Positions 38,295 through 50,678 of a DNA stretch of 64,000 nucleotides are shown here, one piece after another. The notes beneath the pieces were generated by a model. The model saw nothing but the letters and a program-made list of their open reading frames with translations, made no database searches and was not told the origin of the DNA. Source of the DNA: Rhizophagus irregularis (Eukaryota); assembly GCF_026210795.1 (NCBI RefSeq), contig NC_089436.1, positions 806,001 to 870,000 of the forward strand, given 5' to 3'. Positions within the stretch are counted from its first letter, which is position 1. Every line of letters starts with the position of its first letter. Made by a program: the position numbers and the translations under genes.

Positions 38295-39096
38295 GTGTTT
38301 GCACTATCTTAAAAACACATTACAACAATATAAATACTTCAAAAATTTGCTAGAAAAAGGTATTACATTACCTGGGTGTGTTTTCAAAAACCGGTAGGAT
38401 CAAGGTGTGCCAAAAAAAAAAACTAAAAAAGAAAAATAAAAAAATATATTTTTTTTTGTTATTTTGTTAATTTGGTAAAAAAATAATATATATTTTTCAA
38501 TAGTGTAAAAAAAAACCTCGTAAAATTTGCAAAATTCATGTATAAAAAATCTTATCTTAGCTAAAATATAAGGTGGAATAGTGACTTCCTCCAAGGTAAA
38601 CTTGTTAAATTTTATATTGAACAATAAAAAATTTTTTTTTTGTGGCTTATTCACGTTTAATGTTATTGATTGGTGAGTCATTGTTACATTTAAACGTGAT
38701 CTTGTGAGACAAAATCAACATCAAAATATGCCAATTAACGTAATTCATATAAAATCTGCACCAGATCTACAAATTAATTTTGTACCGTTGAGTGATGGAC
38801 TGGTAATTAATCAGATAAACGCATAAGTAGCTAGTTTTAATAATAATGCAAAATAGTGGGGAAGGAACTGCCATTATATGGGTTGGGACTTGGCAAAATT
38901 TCTCCTTAAAACAACTTGCTATTCTATTGTTTTTTACATTCATTTTTTACTTAGCCAGCTGGCCTTTTCTCATGTATTATTTCATAAAAATATAATAAAG
39001 ATTTTACTTTAAGTTTTTTAAATATGTTTAGTATTTCACAAGTGATAATATATTTTTTGCTCTTGTATTTTACTGAATATAAAATTTACTAAACTA

Positions 39097-39620
39097 CACA
39101 GGTCAAAAAGTGAAAAATCAGGCATCAATCAGTTACCAATCAGTCACCAATCAGGTAGCTGATTGGTGACCGATTGGTAACTAATTGGCATTTTTGCCAA
39201 ATACCATCACCAATTAGGCAATTTGCTAACTTTTAATCTAGTGATCAGAAAAGAATGAAATATAGCTCATTGGAATCATCTTAACAAAACGAATCTAATG
39301 GTAGTAAAATCGCATTTCTAGAATTAATAGTTAATAAAAATGAAATAAAATATGAATGATATATTTTTATTTTTACATTTTACTTAATTTCTTATCAAGA
39401 ATTAATCCTAAAAATGCGATTTTACTACCATTAGATTCGCCTTGTTAAGGCGATTCCAATGAGCTATATTTCATTCTTTTTTGATCACTGGATCAAAAGT
39501 TAGTAAACTGCCTGATTGGTAACGGTATTTAGTGAAAATGCCGATTGGTGGCTGATTGATACCTGATTGGTGACCGATTGGTGACTGATTGATACCTGAT
39601 TTTTCACTTTTTGACCTGTG
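39097..39620. mobile_element. Foldback MITE (524 bp), CAC...GTG termini, 3-bp TSD (CMC/CACTA-like)
   Basis: CTA|CACAGGTCAAAAAGTGAAAAATCAGG ... CCTGATTTTTCACTTTTTGACCTGTG|CTA. Arms of ~240 bp with ACCAATC repeats. Confidence 0.9.
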
Positions 39621-40499
39621 CTATTCACTATTTTATACTAATAAAAAAAAATCTTATTCCTATTGCTTATCTGATCCTCTATTATAATTGAATGTCAATA
39701 GATCAAGATTTAAAGAGGTGAAATCTGATTGGCTGATTATCTTGTGATTTATAGAAACTCGCCAGCTTCTGGAATCCTCCTATAACTATGAAGAACTGGC
39801 AGGAAATTAGGGAGATCATGAGATCATATGTGATATAAATTTTAGCCAAAGGTGCTGTGCATAATTTAGCTATTTATAGTGATCAGATATAATTATAACA
39901 TCAGGAAAAAATATGAATCTGTTTTTTACTTTAAAGTTCTTTAAACAAAGGCTAAAAATGAATTTGGATTTAACAGTATATACAGTTAAACCTTGATCAT
40001 CAGGAAGTTTTGGATGGATGTATAATGTGTTGAACAATGTCATATGTTGCTCAACGCCAAAAAATGTTGAGCAATGAACCCTTTGTCAACTAACGCTACT
40101 TAAAAACATTGAAAAATGCGTGGTACAACAGTGTTTTATGTGTAAAATAACGTACAGTAAAACAACACTAGTTTAATAACATGTATTTAATGTATAAAAA
40201 CATGTATATCGATATTAAAAACATGTATAGCAATGTGTTTTTTAGTTAGTTAATTTAATAGGATTAATTTATTAACATATATATATTATTGTATATTATT
40301 AAATTGTAAGTTTATTGATAAATACAGTTACAATACAAATTACATTATCTAATGTAAAATTATTAAATTGTCTAATTAAAATTAATTCCTCTTATTATAA
40401 TTGGATTGCCACAGATTTTTAAGCGATCAATGTACTAAATTTCTGTTGACATATATAGTGCCTCTGGTGACATAACCATAATAAGATGAGGTTTCAATA

Positions 40500-41392
40500 A
40501 AAAAAACACAAAAATTAAGTTTTGTTAACAAAACTTACACAATCTGATCCAATATTCCAAAAACCTGACCGAAACCTACAAAAGAAAAGAGAAAATTTAA
40601 AAAAAAATAAAAAAAATAAAATAAAAAATGTAAGTTTTATTCAAAACTTACTGATTCATTTCAAGATGTTAATCTACAGCAACATCACGTCTAATGTTGA
40701 GAAATCTAACTAAAAATCCAATGCTAAAGGAACTGAAAAAAAATAAAATAAAAAACAAACTAAAAAAAATTATTAGATAAGTTTTGAATAGAAACTTATC
40801 ATACTGGCATAATAATAAAAAAAATTCAAGATATACAAATCTTGGTTTTTCCATCCATCAGAACACGAAAGTCCACCTGATCCTAAAAAAAAAAAAGAAC
40901 GGTTATAATTAACCATTTATAATCTTAAAAAAAAGAAAAAGAACTAAAGATTCATAATACTTATGAACTTTAGTTTTCCTTTTTCTATTCTTCAGAACTC
41001 AGAAGTCTAAAAAAAAAGAAAGAACGGTTATTAGTAACCATTCATTAATATTAAAAAAAAAAATAAAAAAAATTAAAGCAAGATTTATACTTATACTTAT
41101 GAATCTTGGTTTACCATTTGTCAGAAGTTCACCTGAACCTATAAAAAAAAAAGAAAGGAATGGTTAGTAAACCGTTCCATAATAATAAAAAAGAAAAAAA
41201 AATTTAAGATTTGTAATATAATACTACTTATGAATCTTAAAAGTATGTCCTTCGGAAGTCCATCCCTTTCTTTCCCCTTTTGTTTTATTTTAAAAGTTAT
41301 ATAATAAGAACATTTTCTTTATTTTTGTAATTTTTTTGTTGCGCCACAACGCCTAGCTGCGCCACTAACCTGGCACACATTTTAGATATGCG
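40500..41392. mobile_element. Transposon right-end fragment with degenerate ~120-140-bp repeats and a TIR related to the 22.3-kb MITE
   Basis: Repeats of GAACGGTTA...AACCATT...CTTATGAATCTT. The terminus CTGCGCCACTAACCTGGCACACATTTTAGATATGC resembles 22725-22759. Confidence 0.5.
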
Positions 41393-41647
41393 ATTACATA
41401 TGTGATGCGTACTCACTAGCCTGCTGTAGTCGTAATTATTAAGGTTCTGTATTTTCCCCAAGTAAGGCATACATGTTGATTTTATTCACATGGTCAACAA
41501 TTAATACTATTTTAACACCTTACGTTAAACAGTAGGTCCACACCACATTGACTATAAAACTTAAATGTCAAAAACATATTCACTCTTTAAAAACACTAAA
41601 AACACTGAATAACTACTTTTACAAACTACTGTAATAAGAAAAAAAAA

Positions 41648-43158
41648 ATGAATTGTAAAGATTTATCTGCTACTTTACTAAAAAATATTTCTCGGCTTCT
41701 TATTGAAGCAGATGACTATAATGTATTCATCACAGTTGGAGAAGAACCAAATGTTGAAATATTTCAAGCCCATTCAGTTATTTTACGTGCTATGTCTCCT
41801 TATTTTCATGCTGCTTTATCAATAAATTGGGCTCAAAAAGCAGGTCATAAATTTCATTTTAAAAAACCGAATATTAATCCCAATATTTTTAAAATTATTT
41901 TACAGTAAGTTCAATTCCTTTTTTATAAAAAAAGAAATATATGTATTTCAATTCAAATAATCATTTTTATAAAAACACGTAATTCGATAGATATATTTAT
42001 ACAGGAACCATTCGTTTGGATGATGAAACAAGCGATCTTAATCTTGTCGAATTACTTACAGCATCAGATGAATTAGTTCTTATGGATCTTGTAGACTATA
42101 TTCAAGAATATATTATTAGTTTAGATAGAATATGGTATCAAAAAAATTTAATCCAAGTGTTTAATACAGTATCATGTTATGAAGGGGTTTTTGAAAAATT
42201 AAGAGATCATTGTATTGAATTAATTTCAGTAGATCCTCAATTACTTTTTAACTCGGAAGAATTTAGTATATTGCAAGAAGAAGCATTAATTTTAATTTTA
42301 AAACAAAATAAGTTACAAATTAGAGAAGTTGAATTATGGAATTATTTAATTCAATGGGGAATTTTTCAATCTCATTTATTTGAAGATAAAACGACAAAAG
42401 ATTTAATAAATTGGTCATCAGAAGATTTTGAAACTTTGGAAAAAATACTTCATAATTCTGTTCCTTTTATTAGATTTTTTCAAATGTTACCAGAAGAATA
42501 TTTTTATAAAGTTAGACCTTATAAAAAATTATTACCGAAACAACTTAAAGATGATCTTAAATTATATTTTATTATACCAAATAGTAATTTAACTACAACA
42601 ATTTTACCACCAAGAATTCCGAAATTTATGCTTAATTCAAGTATTATTACATTAAAACAATCTTTAATAATTTCAAGTTGGATAGATTATAAAGATGATT
42701 CATCAATGTATACATCACAACAGGAAAATCCTTATAATTTAATATTACTTTTACGTGGAAATCGGGATGGTTTTGGTGTAGAAGAATTTCGTGAAAAAGT
42801 ATTTAAACAAGGACCAACAATTGTTGTTATTCATCTAGCAGGATCAAAAGATATTATTGGTGGTTATAATCCTTTAGATTGGACTGGTTCAAATAAATTT
42901 AATCAATCTACTGATAGTTTTATTTTTTCTTTTCGCTCTGAAAAAAAATCTTCTATCACTACTTTAAGTAGAGTTGCTAAAGAAAAAAGTGCTATTTCTG
43001 ATGATGATGGTCATTTTATTGGTTTTGGTCATGGTGATTTAAAAATCTTTCAAAGTGTTTGTCAAAAGAAAGATTATATGTGTCCGATTCATGATCTACA
43101 TTCTTTTCAAATGTCCAATTATGAAGTTTTTAAAGTTGTTAAAAAAGAAATTAATTAA
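41648..43158 (+). CDS. BTB/POZ-BACK-TLDc domain protein
   Basis: DDYNVFITVGEEPNVEIFQAHSVILRAMSPYF (BTB), intron 41905-41990, EVELWNYLIQWG (BACK), LLLRGNRDGF...GPTIVV...IIGGYNPLDW...YEVF (TLDc). Confidence 0.93.
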
Positions 43159-43466
43159 AATATAATTATCTATTTAGGGAGGGAGGTGGGAATTATAGAT
43201 ATCAATGTATAAAATAATTACTGTACTGTATAGTATGTAAACCTTTTTAATATTAAATATATGTTCAAAAATTGTCAACAAGTTTGAATAAAGATAAATT
43301 TACAGAATTATTTTAATAAAAAATATTATTAAGAACATTAATTGTCTCGTAGTACTAGAAAAGAACACAAAGTACAATAAAGAAATTTATTTTAGTTCTT
43401 AAATAATTTACTATAATTAATTATATTATACAACTTTTTCCTAATAAAGCTTGGTGCAGTCTTTTT

Positions 43467-46400
43467 TTATTTTTTCTTTAAAAGACCGAATCCTGAACCA
43501 ACGCCAGAAACTAAAGTATTCGCTTTATTTCCGACAAAAGTACCGCTACTAGTCACTACATTTCCAACTCCGGAACCAATTCCTGTTAGTGCTCTTGCAG
43601 CACCATCTACAACTCCCGAATTTTGTTTCTTCCTTCCAACAAGAGAGGGCCGGAAAACGATGTGAAGAATAAATTTGCCTCCGGGTGCAGTAGATTTACT
43701 AAGTTCATTCTTCAATTGTATCTCTTTCACTGTTTTTTCGTAAGGTGGCAAATCGTCAAGTTGAATTGACCCGCTTGCAATCTTTTTATCATTTCCTATT
43801 TGATTCCAATCAAATACATCCACTTCAAATACACTAGTCGATCGTGAGAGCTTTAAAAATTTAAAAAAAAATTAATTATCGTATTTATTTTTTTATGAAA
43901 GGATTATTCTAACTAAAATAATAAATACCACGGTCACGTTAAAGGATTCATTAAATTCAGGGTTACAATTCTTTTTAATAGTCTTCGTTTTATGAACTTT
44001 TTCATTATTCAAGGTGAAGACAGCGAATGGATCACTCGTACCTAAAATTTGAACAAAAATTTTATATAATATTCTATCAAATTAAATAATCAAGTAATAT
44101 AAAAATTAATTACCAGATCGATCAGCTGCTGGTAAATTTTCTGCATTCTTGACAGTGATTTGTAAATCTCCCATATCTACATAGAAAGGTAACTCAAATT
44201 AATATCTCCTGAATTAAGGATAAATCTCATAATTTAAAATCACTTACTATTTATACTCTCCGAAGGTTGTAGTTTATATTCAACAGGTATATACTGAATA
44301 TAAACATTCAAAGTTGCATTATTCATTTCTTCAATAGGAAGGTTTATACCGTCTTCTCGTGATGACCTTAGGCAATCCTCTAATAATTCTTTAGCTTCTC
44401 GTTCCACAACACCAATAGGATTCCTGTTATCTCCTTGTTTAATATGGAAAATAAGCTTGGAAAAATCCAGTTCCTTAATAATTACGTCGGTGACTTTAAA
44501 AGTCAATGAGGTATTAGCGTTAATGAATAACATAAAATAGAAAAAAAGAATAATTTGAAATTTTACCTTCTTCGTATTGCGGATTTGCTGCCTTGCAACG
44601 ATTAGTGGTATAAACAGGGAATATCCCATTATCTACATAAACATCTACACTTGTATCTCTCTTCTCAAATTTGGCTCTATTAATATGTATAATGAAAATT
44701 CCAGTTTCTAAATATATAATAGACATATTAGCAAAAAAAAAAATTATAATGATCGACAAAATATGAGAATAAGTAATATTTAACGTACGATGATCACTTA
44801 AATTATTTAAATTGATGTTTTCGGCTTCTTTCTTATTAATAGTTGGATAAAAAGCTGCTGAATAAATAATTGTGCCTCTTGATTCACGATCAAGGATTAA
44901 AGGTGAAGACCTATAATAAACAATTTCAAATCGAAACGAAATATTAAATTCATCATTATTGTATACTTAAATTACAATAAACCCGAATAAGCTTTAGAAT
45001 TACACTCACGCATCTTCAAGTTTGTCAACGGCTTCAAATGTGCTATTTTGTTCCTTAACTAATTTTGAAAGTTCCAACTCTGCAAAACCTAGTCTCTTAT
45101 CTTTTGCATTAATTTCACGATCCATTACTTGAAGATTCAACACTTCTCTCGTACTATGTACTGGTATATAAAATATTTCATCCCATACGGGACTCAAGTT
45201 GTCGAGAATAAAATCTGAACGACCACGAGCAGTAGAACCCAGCAAAACTTTCACATAAGGATCGGATTTACCTCCTGAGATCACAATTTTTTAAATTAAA
45301 ATAATTTTCTAATTTAGCAACGCAATGTAGATATAATAAAGCAACATAATTAAATTATTCTCAAGTTATGAATATCTTACCTAGTTTCCCTAGATTCTTT
45401 AAATCTTTAGCACCCTTAATATGAAGTCTTACAAATCCACGTGGTTCAACTGGATAGAGAAATTTTTAAAGTCGCATTAAATTTATATTCATATTATTAT
45501 AGTTTATATTTCGTTTTGGTAAATTTTGTAATTGATATTTTATAAAAAAATATATATATATTACCGAATCCGCCGGGTCCGGGAAGATCATCTATTAACA
45601 CAGGTTTCCATAAACAAGTTAAATTTATTCTGCCAACTGGGGCTCCATTTTTTAAATCGAACCAGTCTATCTTCTCTTTCATGTTTGCTAAAAATTGTTC
45701 TAAAGTGCTTTCCCATTTTCCAATAATATTGGTCGAGTCACGCTCATCACGAACATTGACAGCTAGCTTGGCACCATCTCTATTTGTAATGAACATTTCA
45801 AATGGATCCTAGTGAAACATAATTTACTTATTAAAATCTTATTAATAAATTAAATAAAGCCGTTAAAAATACTAACCTCCCAAACAGGATTATTTGTTCT
45901 TTTCAGTGTCTTCGATTTGAAAACAACTTTCCCATTCAAAAGCAATTCTGCATACGCATTATGACGATTACTAAGATTCTTAACTTGATGAATGTTAAAG
46001 CGTAAAATTCCAATGTCTGTTTTTTTTTTAAAAAAACAAAGTACAATTAATTATTATGAATTAAATTTCATCTCGCAAATGTATAATAATTTATTTTTGT
46101 ACTTGATTCAGGTGCAGGCACTCCTTCTATGGCTTCAGCTACTGGATACCAGACTGCATCGAATTTAATTTCGCCGTGAGGTTTACCCTCATATAATACT
46201 TCAGATGTACTAATCATTAATCAAAAAAAAAATCCAATAAACATAAAGACACAAAGGAAAAAAAAACACAGAAAATTACTAAAGAGATCTCACATGCTTT
46301 CTTGCTTTGGATTTTCTAATAAAGAATTTAATTCAAAATTGGAAGTTCCAAGTGGCTTATCCTTACTCATTCCATTAAAATCCCATATCTCAAGCCTTAA

Positions 46401-48131
46401 AAATTCACTCAAGGTCGTTAAAATCAAGAAATGTGTCTCGTTCCAAGCAGGATTCAATGAATCATCGATAACTTTTGTTTTGACGAGTTCTATATTTCCG
46501 TGAGCTTTTACTTTAACATAAGGATCAGATGTACCAAATCTTTCTGCGTTTCTTAATCCCCTTGCATTAAATATGGTAAGTTTGAGGACACCAATCGCAG
46601 TTTCTATTTAAAATAAGAATTTTTATTAAATATATAACGATCATTTATAGAATTTTCACGGTGAATGTTACCTATTGGATAGCCTCCAACGAGAAGTTCC
46701 GCATCTATTGTGTAAACATTTGGAGCATACATCAATGGGCGAAGATTAGCATGAACTTGATCTTGAATAAATGAGGACAATCCAGGAAGCTAATCGAAAA
46801 ATATAAGGTGAATTAGATCTTTATTGTATTATTCAACGAATGCATAAGAATAATTGAACTCATACATTTGCTATGTCGAAACCGAATGTTTCTCCTCCAA
46901 TTGGTTTTAAAACATAATCAAACTTTGGTTCTTCCAAGAAACTAATATCGACAGTTTTAACATGAGGGAAAATATTTATCAACTTTAATTTGACTCTTAT
47001 AAGTCCAGAAAACGATATATCTTCCAACAATATGGGAATTCCTGCGCCAACCATTCCCTTTCCCAACCGAATAGTGAGAGCAATTTTAGGATTGACCTTC
47101 CTAATCATTTGCGATCTTGTCATATTTGCAATATCATTTGGAATATAACTAACTTTCCAATCCATAACCTTAAAATTTAAATATATGAGTAAAATAAAAG
47201 CATCTAAAGTAGGATAATATAATGGTATTTACCACTACGTCATCATCAGACTTTGGATATGATTTTATAGATTCGATGGTGAGAGGCTTTGAACCTAGTG
47301 TAAAAGTTGTCAACCGGATTGAATCCAGAAAAGATGGTTTTGAAGCAGCCAATATATCATCAGCTGTTTTTACAATCGTTGATGACAATACAGGTTCATA
47401 AATAAGCCAAAATCGACGTAAAAATTCGTTAATCCATTCTGCTGGCTCTTCGTAAAGCTCCAGTTTTTCCTTTGCAAGTTCACGACCAATTTCGTCTCTT
47501 GCATTACGATAAAATCGTTGGACAGAATTCTTAAAATACGTTCCTGAGAACCAATCGAAAACGGATTAATCATAAGAATTCGATAATGAAGTGGTATTAT
47601 ATCAATTGAAAAAAAAATGATTTTACCAACAAAAGCACTAATAATAATAACCCAACCAATGCCTCCACCAAGAGAAGTAATTATGTACGTCAAGAACACA
47701 GATACAAATACTACTGTAGCATTTAACCATAGTTGTCCAAAAAATTTTTCGCCTAAAACTTCGTCAAAAATGTCTTTATCTGATTCACCAGCGCCAGTAA
47801 CACGTTGCCAACCCGTACGTGCCCAATCAGGAATTTCAACCGACTCTACCACAGAAGGTATACTTCCGGGCAAAAGAGTTGAAAGTCTTTTACTGGTTGA
47901 CTCAGTTTCTTCTTCAGTTGTTTGACTTGCGTCAGTATCTGTGGTAATTTTTTTAGCATTTGGTCCTATAGTATTAGACTTGGGGCCACCCCCAGAATCT
48001 TCAAGTGTTTGTTTAGCTTTCTCTTCTGGAGAATCTTCAGCTTCAAATTTATATACTGGAGTATCTGAGTCTGCAAACTTCTTGTTTACCTCGTCATTGA
48101 TAACCTTTTCTTTTTCTGGTACTTTATCCAT
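43467..48131 (-). CDS. TCB: Tricalbin / extended synaptotagmin (TM hairpin, SMP domain, multiple C2 domains)
   Basis: N-terminal hydrophobic hairpin, SMP segment (FLDSIRLTTFTLGSKP, FDYVLKPIGGETFGFDI) and C2 motifs (KSDPYVKV, SDPFAVF, VFDWNQIG). Many short introns. Confidence 0.93.
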
Positions 48132-48685
48132 TTTTGAAAAGAAATGGAGCTAAATAAAAATTTTAAAATTCGCTATTATAACGTTGGTGCGTGTGAAGCG
48201 TGTCACTTCACGATTTGTTTAAAATATATAAGAAAAATATTTGCTATAGATAGTTGTAAATTTCACACGCCTATTTATATTGGCGCCAAACCATCAAAAA
48301 TCGAGAAAAGCTTTTTAACAAATCATGACATCGCCAGATAAGATTCAGATCTTCAAGATGTGTAAGTTTTTACGCTTAATTCGGTAACCATTACTACATT
48401 TGAAATTTTTACGTAAATAATTAGACTCACAACACATGATGACCAGTAAAATTTCTATATGCAAAAGAATAAAGCCAAAAATAGTAATAAGCATACCAAC
48501 ATTTAAAATTTTTAGGTTATGTGAAATCAGCGATTAGTTAGCCCACCTGCATATATATACATATGTATATTGTATATATACATATGATAAATGCAACTCC
48601 TGCTTTGTCTAAATGACCACTCTCCGTTCTCTTTGCTCGTTAAAGATAATCAATTTAATCAAGCTATATACCATATTTTAATATT

Positions 48686-50678
48686 ATGAATTTTAAAAAG
48701 AGGTTTCGGTTTATTTCATTAATCTTATATTTAACAATTTTGGTTAAAACATCTATTGCGGTGTTTGTACCAGGTTCCTACCTAACATTACCCCAATGTA
48801 TCGCAGCCACTGAGGTGAGTGTGATCTATCCGAATTATCCCGGGTGGCGAGATGCAAAAATTGGTGAACGAATTCGGTTCGTGAATTTAAAATTTTTTTT
48901 TTTTAAAATGAGTTACAAAATTCTAAAGTAAAATTTGATTTAATTTTAAAGATTTCAACGAAGACCAGTAGTAGTTACTTATCCAATTAATACGACTCAA
49001 GTACAATGGTTAGTTCAATGCGCTAATTCATTCAAAAGAATGCCAGTTCCTAGGAACGGTGGTCACAGGTAAAATAAACCGATTAATTTTTTATTTTCTT
49101 ATTTATTTATTTATTTTTTTTATTTTGGTAACAATAATGAGGTTTTTATTTATCTTAATTTCAATAATTTTATAATTTTAGTAATATTGGATCATCTTCA
49201 ATGGATAATTCAGTAGTTATTGATATAAGCTATATGGATTCACTTGTTATAGATGCTGCGACTCAAACAGCAACTGTTGGTGGAGGAATTCGTCTTGGAC
49301 CTTTATATATTGAATTAGATAAAGCAGGATTTACTATAATTTCTGCTACACATCCAACTGTAGGTTTATCAGGAGCAATCGCTTCTGGTGGGTTTGGATT
49401 ACAATCACGTAAATATGGTGTTACAGGAGATTGGGTACTAGAAGCGGAAGTTGTAACTTCGGATGGTAGCTTATTGATCGCAAATGCTGGATCTCATTCT
49501 GATTTATTTTGGGCATTAAGAGGTGGAGGTGGTGGAAAATATGGGATTGTTACTCAATGGAAATTAAAACTTATACCTGTATGGCCTAAATTTACTGTAT
49601 TTAATATAAATTATTTTTATAACGGATTTGAAGAAGTTTTAACGAATTTTTGGAATTGGGCTTATGGTTCTATAGAGGATTTATCAGTTTCTTTTGTTTT
49701 TACAAATAATGAATTTAATATACAAGGACATTTTTTGGGGGGAGAAAAAGATTTACATGAATTAGTTGATAAAACTGGATTATTTAAATTATCAAATGCT
49801 AAAGCTGTTAAACATGATGAATGTACACATTTAGGGTCTCGTGCTTATTTCCTTGATAAAGACAAAACTTGTGATAAAATTTATCTATTGAATGTTGGAA
49901 ATTCACCATTTGGTCCAAATTATGGTGATGATCCATCACTTCTAACACTTCAAACTGCTGAGATCACTCTAGTTACTGAAGGAGTTATAGAAGGATATGG
50001 GGCCGCGCCTAAACAACAAAGGGAATATGTAAAAACAAAATCAATGTTTTTCGCTAAAGAATTATCAGTTGAAAATATTACAACTATAGTGGAAAGAGCA
50101 AAAGCTATGCCACCTGGAGCTCATGCAGAATTAACTGCCTATGGTGGTATACTGGGAACTCAACCCACTGATTTAACAGCTTTTCCTCATAGAAATGGTG
50201 TAGCTTATCATCTTTTACTTGAAGTTTCGCTTACTGGTAATGCTACTATTGATGAAATTGCTTTAAACTTTGTAAATACGTGGGAAGAAGATCTTAGACC
50301 ATTATCGAATGGCAGGAGTTATGTGGTAAATATTTGATAAATTATTAATAGTTATATTCTTTTTTTCTTTAATGATTTAATTAACTTTTTTTTAAATAGG
50401 GATATGAGGATGAAGATTTAGTAAATCCTGGATTATCTTATTTCGGTGGAAATCTTGAGACATTAAAAAACATTGACTCTATATATGATCCAAATAATAT
50501 TCTTGATTCTGGACAATCTCAACAACAAACAGAACTCCCTCTAACTAATGAAAAATGTCCATATATCGTTGGAGGAGATCCACCAGGAAGGCGAAGTAGT
50601 GGTGTTAAAATCAATGAAAACAATCTTAATTATATTACTTCAATTTTAATAACTTTTATAATTTTAATTGCATTTTAA
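48686..50678 (+). CDS. Secreted, probably GPI-anchored FAD-linked oxidase (berberine-bridge-enzyme / AA7-like)
   Basis: Signal peptide, RNGGHS flavinylation motif across a splice junction, DLFWALRGGGGGKYGIVT, BBE C-terminus (YVGYED...YFGGNLETL...YDPNN), and an SSG plus hydrophobic tail. Confidence 0.88.

Noticed and set aside
39978..40500. Tc1/mariner-like start TA|CAGTTAAACC
   Set aside because: No convincing matching right TIR or TSD was found.
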